A stretch of DNA of 63,234 bases, the filler included, from Octopus bimaculoides (lineage: Eukaryota), in the NCBI RefSeq assembly GCF_001194135.2. It is 5 parts of 5 records of this genome, joined end to end, with 100 filler letters (N's around TTAATTAATTAA, not from the genome) between each part and the next. Parts side by side here need not be neighbours in the genome. Positions count along the whole stretch, not along the records: positions 12,564 to 18,159 come from NC_068992.1; positions 18,260 to 43,924 come from NC_068983.1; 3 more parts are not named here. One strand, written 5' to 3'. The position numbers and the translations under genes were made by a program. The notes under the pieces are model-generated. The model was not told where the DNA came from and ran no database searches. It saw only the letters and a program-made list of their open reading frames with translations. Positions 13,260 through 25,335 of the stretch are shown here, piece after piece. Position 1 is the first letter of the stretch. Each line of letters begins with the position of its first letter.

Positions 13260-14512
13260 GTACGTAAGTATGTACGTATGTGTGCATGCGTTATCTAGAG
13301 AGTGACCTTTGACCCGAGGAAGACCTTCCCTCGCTTTAAAAATTATCAAATACATGTATAGCTTGATTTTTAACATCTCTATTATGTGTTGCATACATTG
13401 GCTGGCCGTAGTCGATATATATATATATATATGTATATAGATATATTCATTTTTCATCTTATCTAGTTTCAGCTCATGAGCTGTGGCCATGCTGGGGCAC
13501 CACCATATGTATATGTATAAATAATACAAAATGAATTTGCATGTACATATACGTATATAAATGTATATGTGTGTATGTGTAAGTGCGTGTGTGTGTGTAA
13601 TTGTGTAAAAGTATGTGTGCGAGTGCGCGCGCGAACGCGCATGTATGTTAAAACACGGTTTATGCTTCAAATTTTTCCATTGCTAAATATTCTGTAGCAA
13701 AGATATAAGACCATAAAACATTTATTTTTGAATTCAAAAGTGTATATAAATATATACATTATTGGTTCAAAAATACACACATTCACTCCCACACGCATTC
13801 ATATACACATATATATATACAAGCATGACCATTTATAGTTTAAAGTAAGGCAATGTGTATGTCTTCACTAATGTATGTATATGTATAGAAGAATATGAAG
13901 TGTTAAATGCATTTCATTTTGCCTGTGTACAACTAAATGTATCTTTGTACATGTGTGAGTAGTTATATGTGTACGTATGTACATGTGTAAAGAAAGATTT
14001 TCGAAAATAGATTTCATTTGTGGTACTTGTTCTTTTTATTATTTTCCAACTCATGTTCAATATTTTGACTGTTAGTGATTAAAGATTAAAATGTTTAGTA
14101 TTTTTAACGATGAATAGTCAATGCTTATGATGTTGTTTCATGGAGTCAGTGAAATCATTGTACATGGGGGAAAAAAATTTGAGTTGATGTTAGATAAGCA
14201 GGACTTTTTATTTCTATAGATTAGTCTTTACGCTTCATCTAGCTTTACTACGAGCTTCTTATAAGTAGTCACCGCTGGATTATATGTACACATGTGTGTG
14301 TATTTGTCTCTGCGCGTGTACACGCGCGTGCGTAGGAGTACGCGTGTGGGTGTGTATGCGTGTGTGTGTAAACAATCCGGACAAAAGTAATCAATACATG
14401 TAGTAGTGTTTATCTATTTGTTCGAAATTGGCTGATGATTCATTCAGCGACTACCCTGAACTTCTCAGCACGTGCGTCCTTCAAGTGATAAAAAGATGAA
14501 TCATCAGATTCG

Positions 14513-14561
<49 letters not shown>

Positions 14562-14763
14562 TAGAGAGATAGAAAGTGAGAAATTTAAAAATATCTAGGT
14601 GGAATATCATGATACAGAAGTCGATTAAAAATATCCGCTTACAATTATGATATCGAATTGAAGATTATTTAAAGTTCAAGGCATTAAAAACACTTAAGTT
14701 CGCATTTTTTATCAACGGATAATATCAATGAAAATAATCTCAACACTGGACACGAGAATTTTG

Positions 14764-14831
14764 ATAAATGTAGACAACGTTCTACATAGACAATAAATGT
14801 AGACAACCTTCCACATAGACAATAAATGTAG
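14764..14831. repeat. 29-bp minisatellite, about 2.3 units
   Basis: ATAAATGTAGACAACGTTCTACATAGACA followed by ATAAATGTAGACAACCTTCCACATAGACA and a partial third unit. Confidence 0.85.
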
Positions 14832-14958
14832 CTAAGTTGTACAATCTCTCCACCTGACTAAATACATTTGTGATTAATTCTCCACATATTCACTTTATAT
14901 GGCAGCCACCTTTCATCTAGATGCACTTTACAGCAAACAAACATATATATCCATAACG

Positions 14959-15027
<69 letters not shown>

Positions 15028-15061
15028 GCGTGTGCATCTGTATGTACTTCAACAGCAACAG

Positions 15062-15134
15062 ATCTGAAAATTTGACGGTGTTACCTCATACAGCAGTTAT
15101 GGATTGGTCTTTTGCATATCAAGGCACTCTTCAA
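15062..15134 (+). CDS. Weak candidate exon (SENLTVLPHTAVMDWSFAYQGTLQ)
   Basis: CTTCAACAGCAACAG acceptor(s) and a CAA|GTATGT donor. Only one frame is open. No family recognised. Confidence 0.2.
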
Positions 15135-16345
15135 GTATGTTTGCTTGTCCTAAATATATTACAGACATCTTGTCTGTTCTATCAGTCTGGTAATGGAATG
15201 CTTCCTTTAGTGTTCGGCCAACTGAGAGATCTTAAATTAATCATTCGAGTTAATAGAAACAACAGCCAAATTACACCATACCTTTAAAAGGAAGGACAGA
15301 TTGAATAATGCAGTCATGAATTAAATATATCTTATTAAAAGACGGGATGCGCTGCTCTCTCAGTGGAGGGCTCTAAAAGGTATCACTTCATGATCAAAGT
15401 TAACTTAGATAAATATAAAACTAACAAAAGCCATGCTAGATTTTTCTAAGCGTCATATTCAATGCAAACAACACGAGTCAATCCAAAGTAGCAGAAGAGA
15501 CCGAAGAATACAGTCTAAAAAGTACGACAAAGAATAATTCTATTGACAGAATATAAGACCGCCAGAGAATTATGTACTGATAAAGGAAGAAATGATAAAG
15601 ATCGTAGAAAATAATAAAAATTCACATAAATATGTTCGTAGTCATAATGTTGTCATTAACGCCCGTCTTCCTACAGAGAAGTATTTTAGAATGGGATGAG
15701 TTAAAAATTACTAAAAAATATAAGAAAATGTGTTTCTTCTAAAATTTTATAATGTGCCATTCTCCACGCATTCTTCAAGATATAGCAAGCTACAAATATG
15801 AGATTTGGTTGGAAGATAGCTTTAGTTGAATTTCTTTCTCTTCTTGCTTCTTTTCAGAAAGGAACATATAAATGATATTTGCTTTAGGTAAAAAATTGGA
15901 TAAGTTAAAGCAATTTTAGTAATAAACTTTTTATAGCTACAAAGACAAGGAAATTTCTACAGTAAATATTTTAAAATTTTAATGTTTCTTTCAATGTAAT
16001 GGTTTTACTTCTTTCGCTAAAACAGAGAAGATTTTAAGATTTATTTCCTTCTCACTTTGAAATAATTTTAAATATCTGTGAGCTAGTATAAATACTGGAA
16101 ATAGTATTGCAGTTGTTGCAGACAAAATACAAACAGAAAACAGCGTGTATATAAACAACTTCCAGATTTACTTGAATCGTAATATTATGCATTTACGACA
16201 TAAAGAGATGTTTGATGTATTTTGCTTTTCAGTCAAAATTACAAGCCCTCAGCTTTTTTGTGTGGAGACTCATTTCAAAGAGGTGGAACTCTGTTGTATG
16301 AAGAAAATTCTAATTGAGACCCACCTGCAAAGTCATGCACTGTAT

Positions 16346-16486
16346 GAAATCTCCATTTCGTGCACATATGGTTGTGATGCATGTGTCTGGTTTACACTAA
16401 TCCGATGGATATTCATGATAGGTATATTGAGCTTCGTATATTTGCACCGCAGTCTCACTTTGACGACATGCGCTGCTCTCTCAGAC
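16346..16486 (+). mobile_element. Short (TAA)n-tailed repeat family D, diverged copy
   Basis: Collinear with 22966-23105 (CACATATGGTTGTGAT...GCTCTCTCA) and followed by AATAATAATAGTAAT. Confidence 0.75.
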
Positions 16487-16504
16487 AATAATAATAGTAA
16501 TGGT

Positions 16505-16864
16505 CTCAAATTTTGGTACAAGTCCAGAAAATTCGGGGTAGGGGTTAAGTCGCTCACATCAACCCCAGTGTTCAACCGATACTTAATTTATCGACCTCGA
16601 AAGGATGAAAGGTAAAGCCGGCGTGCTAACGATTCTACCAGCTTACCACCTTTCATATGTATATTGATTTCAAATTTTGGCACGAAACCAGCAATTTCGG
16701 AAAAGGGGTAAGTCGATTGTACCAATCCCAGTGCTCAACTGATACTTATTTTATCGACCCCGAAATGTAAAATCGACCTCAGTGGAATTTCAACTCAGAA
16801 AGTAAACATTGACGAAATTCCGCTGAGCGTATTATCCGGCATGCTAACAATTTTTCCAAATCGC

Positions 16865-16866
<2 letters not shown>
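16505..16866 (+). mobile_element. Two tandem copies of SINE-like family B, ending in a (TTA)n run
   Basis: Core AAATTTTGG(T/C)AC...GGGGTAAGTCG...CCCAGTG(T/C)TCAAC...TACTTATTTTATCGACC occurs twice. It also occurs at about 40341-40472, 59605-59690 and 63020-63155. Confidence 0.75.
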
Positions 16867-16916
<50 letters not shown>

Positions 16917-16918
<2 letters not shown>

Positions 16919-17316
16919 CATTATCAAACTCAACTGGACGTCCTTTTCTATCCTCATCTTCAAAGCTGAAATCTCCACTTCTGAATTTTGCAAACCATCT
17001 TCTGCAAGTTCTTTCATTCAAGCATTCTTTGCCATAAACTGAGTGTATGTTTCGAGTCGCTTCGGCTGCAGAGTTTCCATTTTTGTACTCATAAAGCATT
17101 ATGTGCCTCAAATGGTCTTTGGATACTTCCACGTTAGAAAGGGTTTTAATCAAAGAAATTTTAATTCTATTATTCTGTAAAATAATATTTAATTAGTTTA
17201 AATGTACACAAATGCATAAAAATAGTTTTTAATTCCATTAGACATTCTAAAATACTATTAAATTTTATTCAATTTTGAAAAAGGTAAAATCGGACAGAAC
17301 TTACGGGATGACCTGA
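16917..17316 (-). mobile_element. Mariner transposon 5' end: left TIR plus transposase helix-turn-helix region, 3' truncated
   Basis: EVSKDHLRHIMLYEYKNGNSAAEATRNIHSVYGKECLNERTCRRWFAKFRSGDFSFEDEDRKGRPVEFD is a mariner (Hsmar1/SETMAR-like) DNA-binding domain. TIR TCAGGTCATCCCGTAAGTTCTGTCCG with outer TA at 17317-17318. Confidence 0.92.
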
Positions 17317-18259
17317 TATATTTGAAAAAATTAGTAGAGTTGGCTTTTGGGTTGATAATTTTTATTTAAATGATATCTACAGTTACTCTAATGACTTTCG
17401 AACTTTTCGATAACCGTTTTCAAACTGAAATTCTGTGGTTTAGAAGGTTGCTTATATAGCAAAAGATTGTTTCTAAGAAATATACAAATAAAAAATAAAA
17501 ATAAAAATAGAAAATAAAAGATAGAAAAATAAAACAATGCGTATAAAACCTAATATAAAAAATAGTATAAAAAATAATAAAAGAATACAATACAACAGCA
17601 TGCGTGAAAAAGGAAGAAAAAAAAGTAAAAAAGAAAAAAGGAAAAGAAGAAAAAGAAAAACGTGGCAGGTAGGAAGGCAAAAAGTAGTTGAAAATGGTAG
17701 TGAGAAGAGATAAGTTGGAATATTTTTAGGAGTAGTCAAAAATGTTGTGAATCTTTTGACTTGAGGGCATTTAATTCAGTTTTCACAGCTGGTATGGTCT
17801 GCCCTTATTTAGTCACATACGCACACACACGTCTCCATGTGTATACATGCACAAATATCCATACGTATACACACACACACATACAGACACACTCACACAC
17901 ACTTACATACGCATGTCTCTATGCGTACACATATACATAAATATCCATACATACCTACATACACACATATATAAGTACAAATACCCACACACACACACAT
18001 ATATATATATATATACACACACATACACATACTCACACATACATACATATATAGGTGTACACATGCATGAAAGATGTACATCCATGCCTATATTTTTATG
18101 TAAATATACATACTTACATACATGCACACACACACACCTATATATATATATATATATATNNNNNNNNNNNNNNNNNNNNNNNNNNNNNNNNNNNNNNNNN
18201 NNNTTAATTAATTAANNNNNNNNNNNNNNNNNNNNNNNNNNNNNNNNNNNNNNNNNNNN

Positions 18260-18353
18260 AAGAAGAAGAAGAAGAAGAAGAAGAAGAAGAAGAAGAAGAA
18301 GAAGAAGAAGAAGAAGAAGAAGAAGAAGAAGAAGAAGAAGAAGAAGAAGAAGA
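18260..18353. repeat. (AAG)n microsatellite
   Basis: Direct reading; abuts an assembly gap. Confidence 0.95.
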
Positions 18354-18884
18354 TAGCTCCGCGCTGAATAACAACATGGATGTGCTACACCAGGTTCCCC
18401 ATTCAGAAACAAATCTAATCTAATAACATCGATAGAATTGGATAAAGGAACCTGTGAAAGACTTGAAGGAAGCGGTCATTTAACGAAAATAATCACAAAA
18501 ACGAAATTGTACTGCCATGCAAAGCACAGTTTCTGCTATCGCGATGTCTCAGTGAAACATGTGCGAAACACACACGCGAAAGCAACATCGGAAAGTTTAC
18601 AAATTATAAAATATAAATGGAACAAAACAGTAAGTACATGAATTGAGTAATTCCGCACACACTCAAATGCCTACGCAATCATAGATATTTTTTAATACCC
18701 ATAAGACTACACATACATCTCAATGTTTACACAACTACGTGAAATTTACAGGACACACACACGCATATGAAAACACGTGTCACAAACGAAGCAAAAACAA
18801 AAAATAAAAACAAAACATTTTTATCATTCCAAATAAGACTGACAGAGTGAACAATTCATAAGTTTAAAAACACTACAAAAAACT

Positions 18885-21800
18885 ATGCCCGGTGATAAAT
18901 CTACCAACAAAAAACAAAAAACATACAAACGAAAACAGATCTGTTACCCTTAAGAAGCTACATTACGAGCAATGTTTACATGCAAAGAACTCGGAGACGG
19001 TGTTATCTCAAAAAAATTAACCCTAAACAGAGAGATCCGTCCGCTAATATCAACGTCCAAGCTCGTCATGCCTCAATGATAACAAAGCAAAATACACACC
19101 GAATCGGCCGTCACCCGAGTCAACGAAGGCCGCGCACCAGAGTGAGGAACGAGACTGGGTGCGAAAAATCAGCTACTGATTCAAATCTTCCCAAAACACA
19201 GGAACTGGAAATACTCCACAACCGGAATATTCCAACAGATGGCCATCCACGCTCGTCATCAAATAAACAGTACAAAAAGAATGAGAAATGGTCAAGGGAA
19301 GATAATAAAGAAGTTCTTAAGGCCTTCTATAATACCATGTATTTCCCCAGAAATAGATCTAATACTGTACAAACCTACTTAAGCTGGAGACAGAATCACC
19401 TTGAGGTAAGACCCTACATAGACAGTAACAAACTTGACAACGTCAGAAGAAACATTATGAAAAAGAAATTATTAACTGAATTAGAGATTGACCAAATTAA
19501 ACAAACAGTAAGGAATAAAAGGAACGAAGCTGCAGCTAAAGAAGATACTACAGAGGAAATAATTATAGACCTGCCCAAATCTGATGAAAATGCAATAATT
19601 ATTGAAAGAGTCAATGTAATTGATAAGCAAAGTGAAATACACTCTGAACCAACCATAAACAACAAGGCAGATGAAAATCAAATAGATGAAGAAAGTCACA
19701 CAGAAATTGACCCAATAGAATTACAGGATCTAAAAATTCAAATCATGATTGAATGGCTGAAAAGTAAAGAAACCAGTATGAATGAACGTGACATTCTCCC
19801 AAAAATTCGCAATTCGAGACAAAACCTGAAAATAATTGTTAAAGTTCGCCTGGCACTTAAAGATATAATTTCAGCTAATGATATTGAAATTACAGATCTC
19901 AACCACCTGTACTATGCATCCGCAAAACTCTCAATGATTCTATGTAATGAAAATATTAGAAAACGACAGCATTCCCGCAAAAAGCCTTCTTGGCAAGAGT
20001 GTATTCAACACCAAATCCAGCGACATAGAATGTTTTAAAAACTTTAAGTTTCACAAGACTATCAAACCTACAAAAGCCCGAAAATTAAAAAGGAAGTGAA
20101 GGAATTTTCGAATAAAATTTGGGCAGAAGAAAAAACACACAATGAAAGGATCCCTTGGATTGATAGAATATCTACAGATTCAGACTCCTTAGAAGATCAA
20201 ATGTGGGAGTGTATCAAGGTAGAGGATGTAAAATCTGCTCTCAGGAGGTCAAGCAAATGGAAGTCTCCAGAAAGGATAAAATTCGTAACTTCTGGTTGAA
20301 TGCCTTCCCAGAGAGTCATGAACTAGAAACAAAACTTTACAACAATGTTTTGCAACAACCTAGTATGATTTCCTTTTGGCTAGTTAATGGTGTAACATTC
20401 CTACTTCCAAAAAAATGAAGAAATAAATGAACCAAAAATTATAGACCCATAACCTGCTTAACAACAATTTATAAAACGCTAACATCTGTCTTGACTGAAT
20501 ATACCTATAGTTTTTTAATACAAAATAGCATATTCCCTAATGAGCAAAAATGATGTAAACGTAGTTTATGGTTGTAAAGATCAGCTACTTATCAATAAGA
20601 TGATCTTAGAAGATTGTCACAAACGACAAAAAACTTGTCGATAGCCTGAATAGACTATAAAAATGCTTTTGATAGTCTACCACATAGATAGATTAAGAAA
20701 TGTCTGGAAATGTATAAAATAGCTCCTACTCTGCGAAACGTTTTATCTGTAAGTGTGAGATCATGGAGAACCACACTGACTTTGAACAGTGACAATGAAT
20801 CTCTCGATGCTGGAGATGTAAGAATTTCATGTGGCATTATCCAGAGTAATTTTCTATGATCATTCCTCTTTTGTCTAGCCTTAATACCTCTCTCGAAATT
20901 GCTCGATGATGTATAATATCGCTATAAAATGTTTGATAAAAATATAATGCATCTCACTTACATGGATGATTTAAAGCTCTTTGCAAAAAATAACCAACAA
21001 CTCAAGGGCTTACTAGCAATTGTTAATCAATTCATAGATGACATCAGGATGCAATTTGAGAATGTAATCGCAGGGTAAGGGTAACACTCAAGACAAAGGA
21101 GAATTCAAGAAACAGGATCGAAGCGATCAATGCTTTAATCATTCCAGTCGTGACTTAGTTTCAATATCATTAACTGGTCAATTACTGAAATATGTAATCT
21201 TAACAGAAAGATACGAAAACTGTTGACAATGCATAGAATGCACCATCCTAAGGCAGATATAGAACGACTTTATCTGCCAGGAAAAGAGGGAGGCCGTGGA
21301 CTTTTACAACTGGAATTAACAATGAAGATTGCCACAATTGGCCTAGATACCTACCTGAAAAACTCTGACGACTGGATGCTAAAACCTGTGTCAAAACATG
21401 AAAACAAGAAAGTATCATACTCAGTAACAAAACAGGCAAAGGAATATCTAAGTGAATTCCAAATACAACAAATCCTAGAATTAGACATACTAGAAACAAG
21501 CACAGCAAAAGCTAAGCGTATGAAAACCCGTACTAAAACTGCTGCCTTAAATATTCTTACTGATAAATAGCAAGAAAAACCTCTTAATGGCAAATACCCA
21601 AAGGGAGCTAAGAATGAGGATGTTTGACAAAGCTAATAGCTTCTGGCTTAAAATCTGAAACAGAAGGGTTTATCATAACAGATCAAGATTAAAGATTAAT
21701 GCTTGCCTACAAGAAACTACAAGGCCAATATATTAAAGAACAGCAGCTACCCAACATGTCGTGTATGTAAACAACAAAATGAAACCATTGATCATGTTGT

Positions 21801-22504
21801 CTCCAAGTGCAGTCTTCTTGCGCCTACAGAGTATCTCAACAGGCATGATAGAGCTGCCCAATATATTCACTGGGTAATTTGCAAAAACCTGGACCTACCC
21901 TATTGATAAAAACTGGTGGAACACAAACCAGTTCCAGTGCTTGAAAATGATCGCATCTCACTCCTCTGGAACTTTACCATTCAAATTGACAGAAAGATAG
22001 ATGCAAATAGGCCAGACATTATATTGAAAGACTTCAGATAAAAATCATGCCTCCTCATTGATATGACTGTCCCAATCGATATAAACGTATCTGTCAAGAC
22101 CTACCAAAAACTGAGCAAATATAAATATCTTGAAATAGAAATGAACAAAATGTGGAACCTGAAGACTAAAATAATACCTGCTGTCATAGGTGCCCTGGGA
22201 ATGATAGCAAAAGAAGCTGATTGCTACCTAGCTCAGATACCAGGAAACCCCAACATGGCAGAAATTCAAAAGATAGTGCTCATGGGAACTGCCCATGTCC
22301 TACACAAAATACTTTCTATGTAATCTCAAGTTTTAAAACAAACATAATTTTCTTATGGTTTCTTAAACATTCTCTAGGAGAACACTATGTACAAAACCAA
22401 ATATATTGCACCCTAGGCATAACACCAACATGAAATTCTAACTAGTTGTATATCTCTTGGGGCCTCTGAGTGACACTTGGAGCCAACTTGTACAAATGCA
22501 GAAA
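18885..22504 (+). mobile_element. Near full-length, decayed R4/Dong-like non-LTR retrotransposon (copy A): RT, CCHC and restriction-like endonuclease
   Basis: N-terminal KWSREDNKEVLKAFY...RPYIDSNKLDNVRR; RT motifs YRPITCLTTIYK, GCKDQLLINK, IDYKNAFDSLPH and YMDD (20959-20970); thumb HHPKADIERLYLPGKEGGRGL; CRVC...HVVSKC knuckle, RHD, NRPDI, IDMTVP and KYKYLE; stop at 22323. Many stops and internal deletions near 20030 and 21058. The 5' boundary is uncertain. Confidence 0.95.
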
Positions 22505-22882
22505 AAAAATGCTTTCTAATTGATGTATCAATACCAGCAGATGACAACGTTTCTCTAAAAGAAATGGAAAAACTTTCAAAATACAAAGACCTGGAAATAG
22601 AGATAACTCGAATGTGGTCTCTAAAAACAGAAACAATTCCTATCATAGTAGGTGCCTTAGGTATAATAAAAAAATATTCAGACAAATACGTTACAAAAAT
22701 AGCAGGACTTACAAATATATATAACATACAGAAAATTGCACTACTGGGTACTGCACACATCCTACGCAAAACACTTTCAATACAGTAAACATAAGAGCAC
22801 CACAGCAAACCACAGCACATACCCAAGGCGCACAGAGCTGCGCTCGGTAGTGAAGTGAAAGCACGTTATAAAAATAAAACTA

Positions 22883-22944
<62 letters not shown>

Positions 22945-22965
22945 TAACAACAATAATAATAATAA
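22505..22965 (+). mobile_element. Second, 5'-truncated R4/Dong-like element (different subfamily) with 3' UTR and (TAA)n tail
   Basis: CFLIDVSIPADDNVSLKEMEKLSKYKDLEIEITRMWSLKTETIPIIVGALG...LLGTAHILRKTLSIQ* is an intact RLE C-terminus. Its 3' UTR differs from copy A. (TAA)n tail at 22886-22965. Confidence 0.93.
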
Positions 22966-23105
22966 GAGATCACCATTTCGCGCACATATGGTTGTGATAC
23001 ATGTGCCTGGTGTACCCTTATCAGACGGGTAGTCATGATGGGTATATTGGGCTTTGTATATTTTACCCCAGTGTCACTTTGATGGCATACACTGCTCTCT
23101 CACTC

Positions 23106-23137
<32 letters not shown>
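22966..23137 (+). mobile_element. Short repeat family D (140 bp) embedded in (TAA)n
   Basis: Flanked on both sides by TAA arrays (22886-22965 and 23106-23137). Other copies at 16346 and 23878. Confidence 0.8.
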
Positions 23138-23138
<1 letters not shown>

Positions 23139-23331
23139 CGAAGTTCAAAATAATCGAGATTGTCATGTCTGTTAGTTCATCTATTTAGAATTTTCAGCTA
23201 TAGATAATGCGTTCCCATTTGTACTATCACTAGGAAACAATTGAATGCTGGGGTGTGTCTATATATGTGTGTGTGCGTATACCCACCTACTTATATACAT
23301 ACATGCATAACATACATACGTACGTACGTAC

Positions 23332-23362
<31 letters not shown>

Positions 23363-23589
23363 TGTATATGCGTGATGGCTTCTAGAAATCAAAGCAAGCG
23401 TAGGGGAGAAATGGATTTTTCTTTAAAAATAGTTTGCCATGGCTTATCCGGCTTATTTTCGAAAGTCTTTTATAGAAGTCTTACTTTGATAACTTACTCC
23501 AATATTTATTTTTCTCTTAATTTTATTTATTTCTGTCTTTCGTCTTTTACAGAGGGTTGATGCTTATACTTTACAATGAAAACCAGCAT

Positions 23590-23874
<285 letters not shown>

Positions 23875-23877
23875 GAT

Positions 23878-24002
23878 TGAGTGAAAGAGCGGTGCATACC
23901 ATCAACGTGACACTGGGGTAAAATATACGAAGCCGAGTACACCCATCTTGACTACGTCTGATAAGAGTACATCAGGCACATGCATCACAACCACATGTGT
24001 GA
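23878..24002 (-). mobile_element. Short repeat family D, inverted copy
   Basis: Reverse complement of 22966-23105, with its (TAA)n tail formed by the array to the left. Confidence 0.8.
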
Positions 24003-24024
24003 AGTAAGAATTATAAATTATTAA

Positions 24025-24176
24025 GGTGGCTATCCGCTACTTTGAAAAATTGCTCTCATGTGGCTAAGAATTGTTTTTACTCTTATTTCTAGCAATGCTG
24101 GTACTGACTAGCACCCTCAGTCACTTTAATAATAACTATACTTGTGCCTTTCGGTTGTAAATTGAGAATAGCCATC
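24025..24176. mobile_element. Kolobok-like MITE
   Basis: TTAA on both sides (24021-24024, 24177-24180). Termini GGTGGCTAT and ATAGCCATC. Internal sequence (CTCTTATTTCTAGCAAT, CACCCTCAGTCAC) is shared with 39720-39826. Confidence 0.65.
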
Positions 24177-24625
24177 TTAATAATTTACATACGCGCACGC
24201 GCATACACACACGCACATAAACACACACACATAAACACACACACATAAACACACACACATATATATTATGAAGCTGTACTCCTTAATTTGCTGCTTTCCT
24301 GCTCACAAAGCGAGAAGATATTTTGCGGAACGAGAGATATCTTTAATGTGATACATCTTGTTATCACCTGAAGAGAAACATCTTCACCATCGAATACACT
24401 TAAACCAGTTGTTAAGCATCCCACTCGCGAGGGATCGATGCCAGATGGTTCAAAACAATTGTAGTGATTAATAAACATTCTCGCATCTTCCATCTTCCGT
24501 CTCTCTTATTAATCAAATATATATATATATATATATATTTAATAATAAAGGTAGAAATTAATATTAATCAATTAAAACCAGTGGTCCAGCATATTAAAAA
24601 AATCCAAAGTTTAAAATTATATTAC

Positions 24626-24854
24626 ATACAAAAATAAGAGGAATGACCAGCAAAAGTGGACTCCTATATGCTAGAAATAGATGCCGAATCATCTAACCAC
24701 GAAGAATATGTTCTCAGTAAAAATTTCAGCGAGTCGAGTCTGTCGTCTCGCTGAAATATTTACTGAGAACATATTCTTCGTGGTTAGATGATTCGGCATC
24801 TATTTCTAGCATATAGGAGTCCACTTTTGCTGGTCATTCCTCTTATTTTTGTAT
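24626..24854. repeat. Near-perfect inverted repeat: 108-bp arms, 13-nt loop
   Basis: Arms at 24626-24733 and 24747-24854, one mismatch by manual comparison. Confidence 0.95.
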
Positions 24855-24873
24855 ATATAAATATATATATACA

Positions 24874-25088
24874 CGAGGGTGTGATGAAAAGATCCTGGCT
24901 TTAGGTAAAAGAAAATTCAGGAGGATCAGTTAATTATGCTTTTACTTAGCATATTCCCCTTCAGATTCACACACATATTCCAGCGGTCCATCAGTTTTTT
25001 TAAGGCCTGTAAAATAATTCGGAAGGTTAGGCCTCAAAGCAGGTCTTTCGCGTTAACCTTAAACCAGGAACTTTCTAGCACCTACTTA
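24874..25088 (-). mobile_element. Non-autonomous mariner derivative (MITE) retaining the transposase C-terminus
   Basis: Imperfect TIRs CGAGGGTGTGATGAAAAGATCCTGGCTTTAGG and CCTTAAACCAGGAACTTTCTAGCACC. The minus strand reads LKKLMDRWNMCVNLKGNML, similar to the mariner C-terminal KLxDRxNKCVxLxGxYVE. Confidence 0.75.
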
Positions 25089-25182
25089 CGCACGCACACG
25101 CACACACACACATGCACACACACACGCACACATACACACACACACACGCACATACACACACACACACACACTCACACATACA

Positions 25183-25335
25183 CGACTGGTTTTCAATTTC
25201 CGTCTACCAAATCCACTTACAATACTTTGGTTGGGACGAAACTATAGCAGACAACGCCCAAATATCACGTAGTGGGACTGAACCCGGAGCCATGTGGTTG
25301 GGAAGCAAGCTTCTTACTACACAGCCCCCGCCTGC
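25183..25335 (-). mobile_element. tRNA-derived SINE family C, 5' portion
   Basis: Reverse complement of the head of the 54241 and 62244 copies. Confidence 0.8.

Noticed and set aside
14448-14470. GACTACCCTGAACTT resembling the 5' end of 28S rRNA
   Set aside because: Short gapped match with no flanking rDNA similarity.
14764-14831. CRISPR-like 29-bp repeats
   Set aside because: The units are contiguous with no spacers and no cas genes, in a eukaryotic context. It is a minisatellite.
16866-16925. Mariner HTH domain fused in frame to poly-Asn (possible domesticated fusion)
   Set aside because: The transposase is simply truncated at a (TTA)n tail, and the frame runs on into an antisense SINE. 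No splice or expression evidence.
22477-22788. Intact stand-alone 103-aa nuclease gene
   Set aside because: The start codon comes from the upstream element's 3' UTR. The rest is the 5'-truncated RLE end of a LINE.
24360-24430. Hammerhead-ribozyme-like CTGAAGAG...CGAATAC near a PLE-like peptide
   Set aside because: GAAA is altered to GAAT, stem II and stem I do not pair convincingly, and it is antisense to the putative PLE frame. An Infernal search with hammerhead models would settle it.
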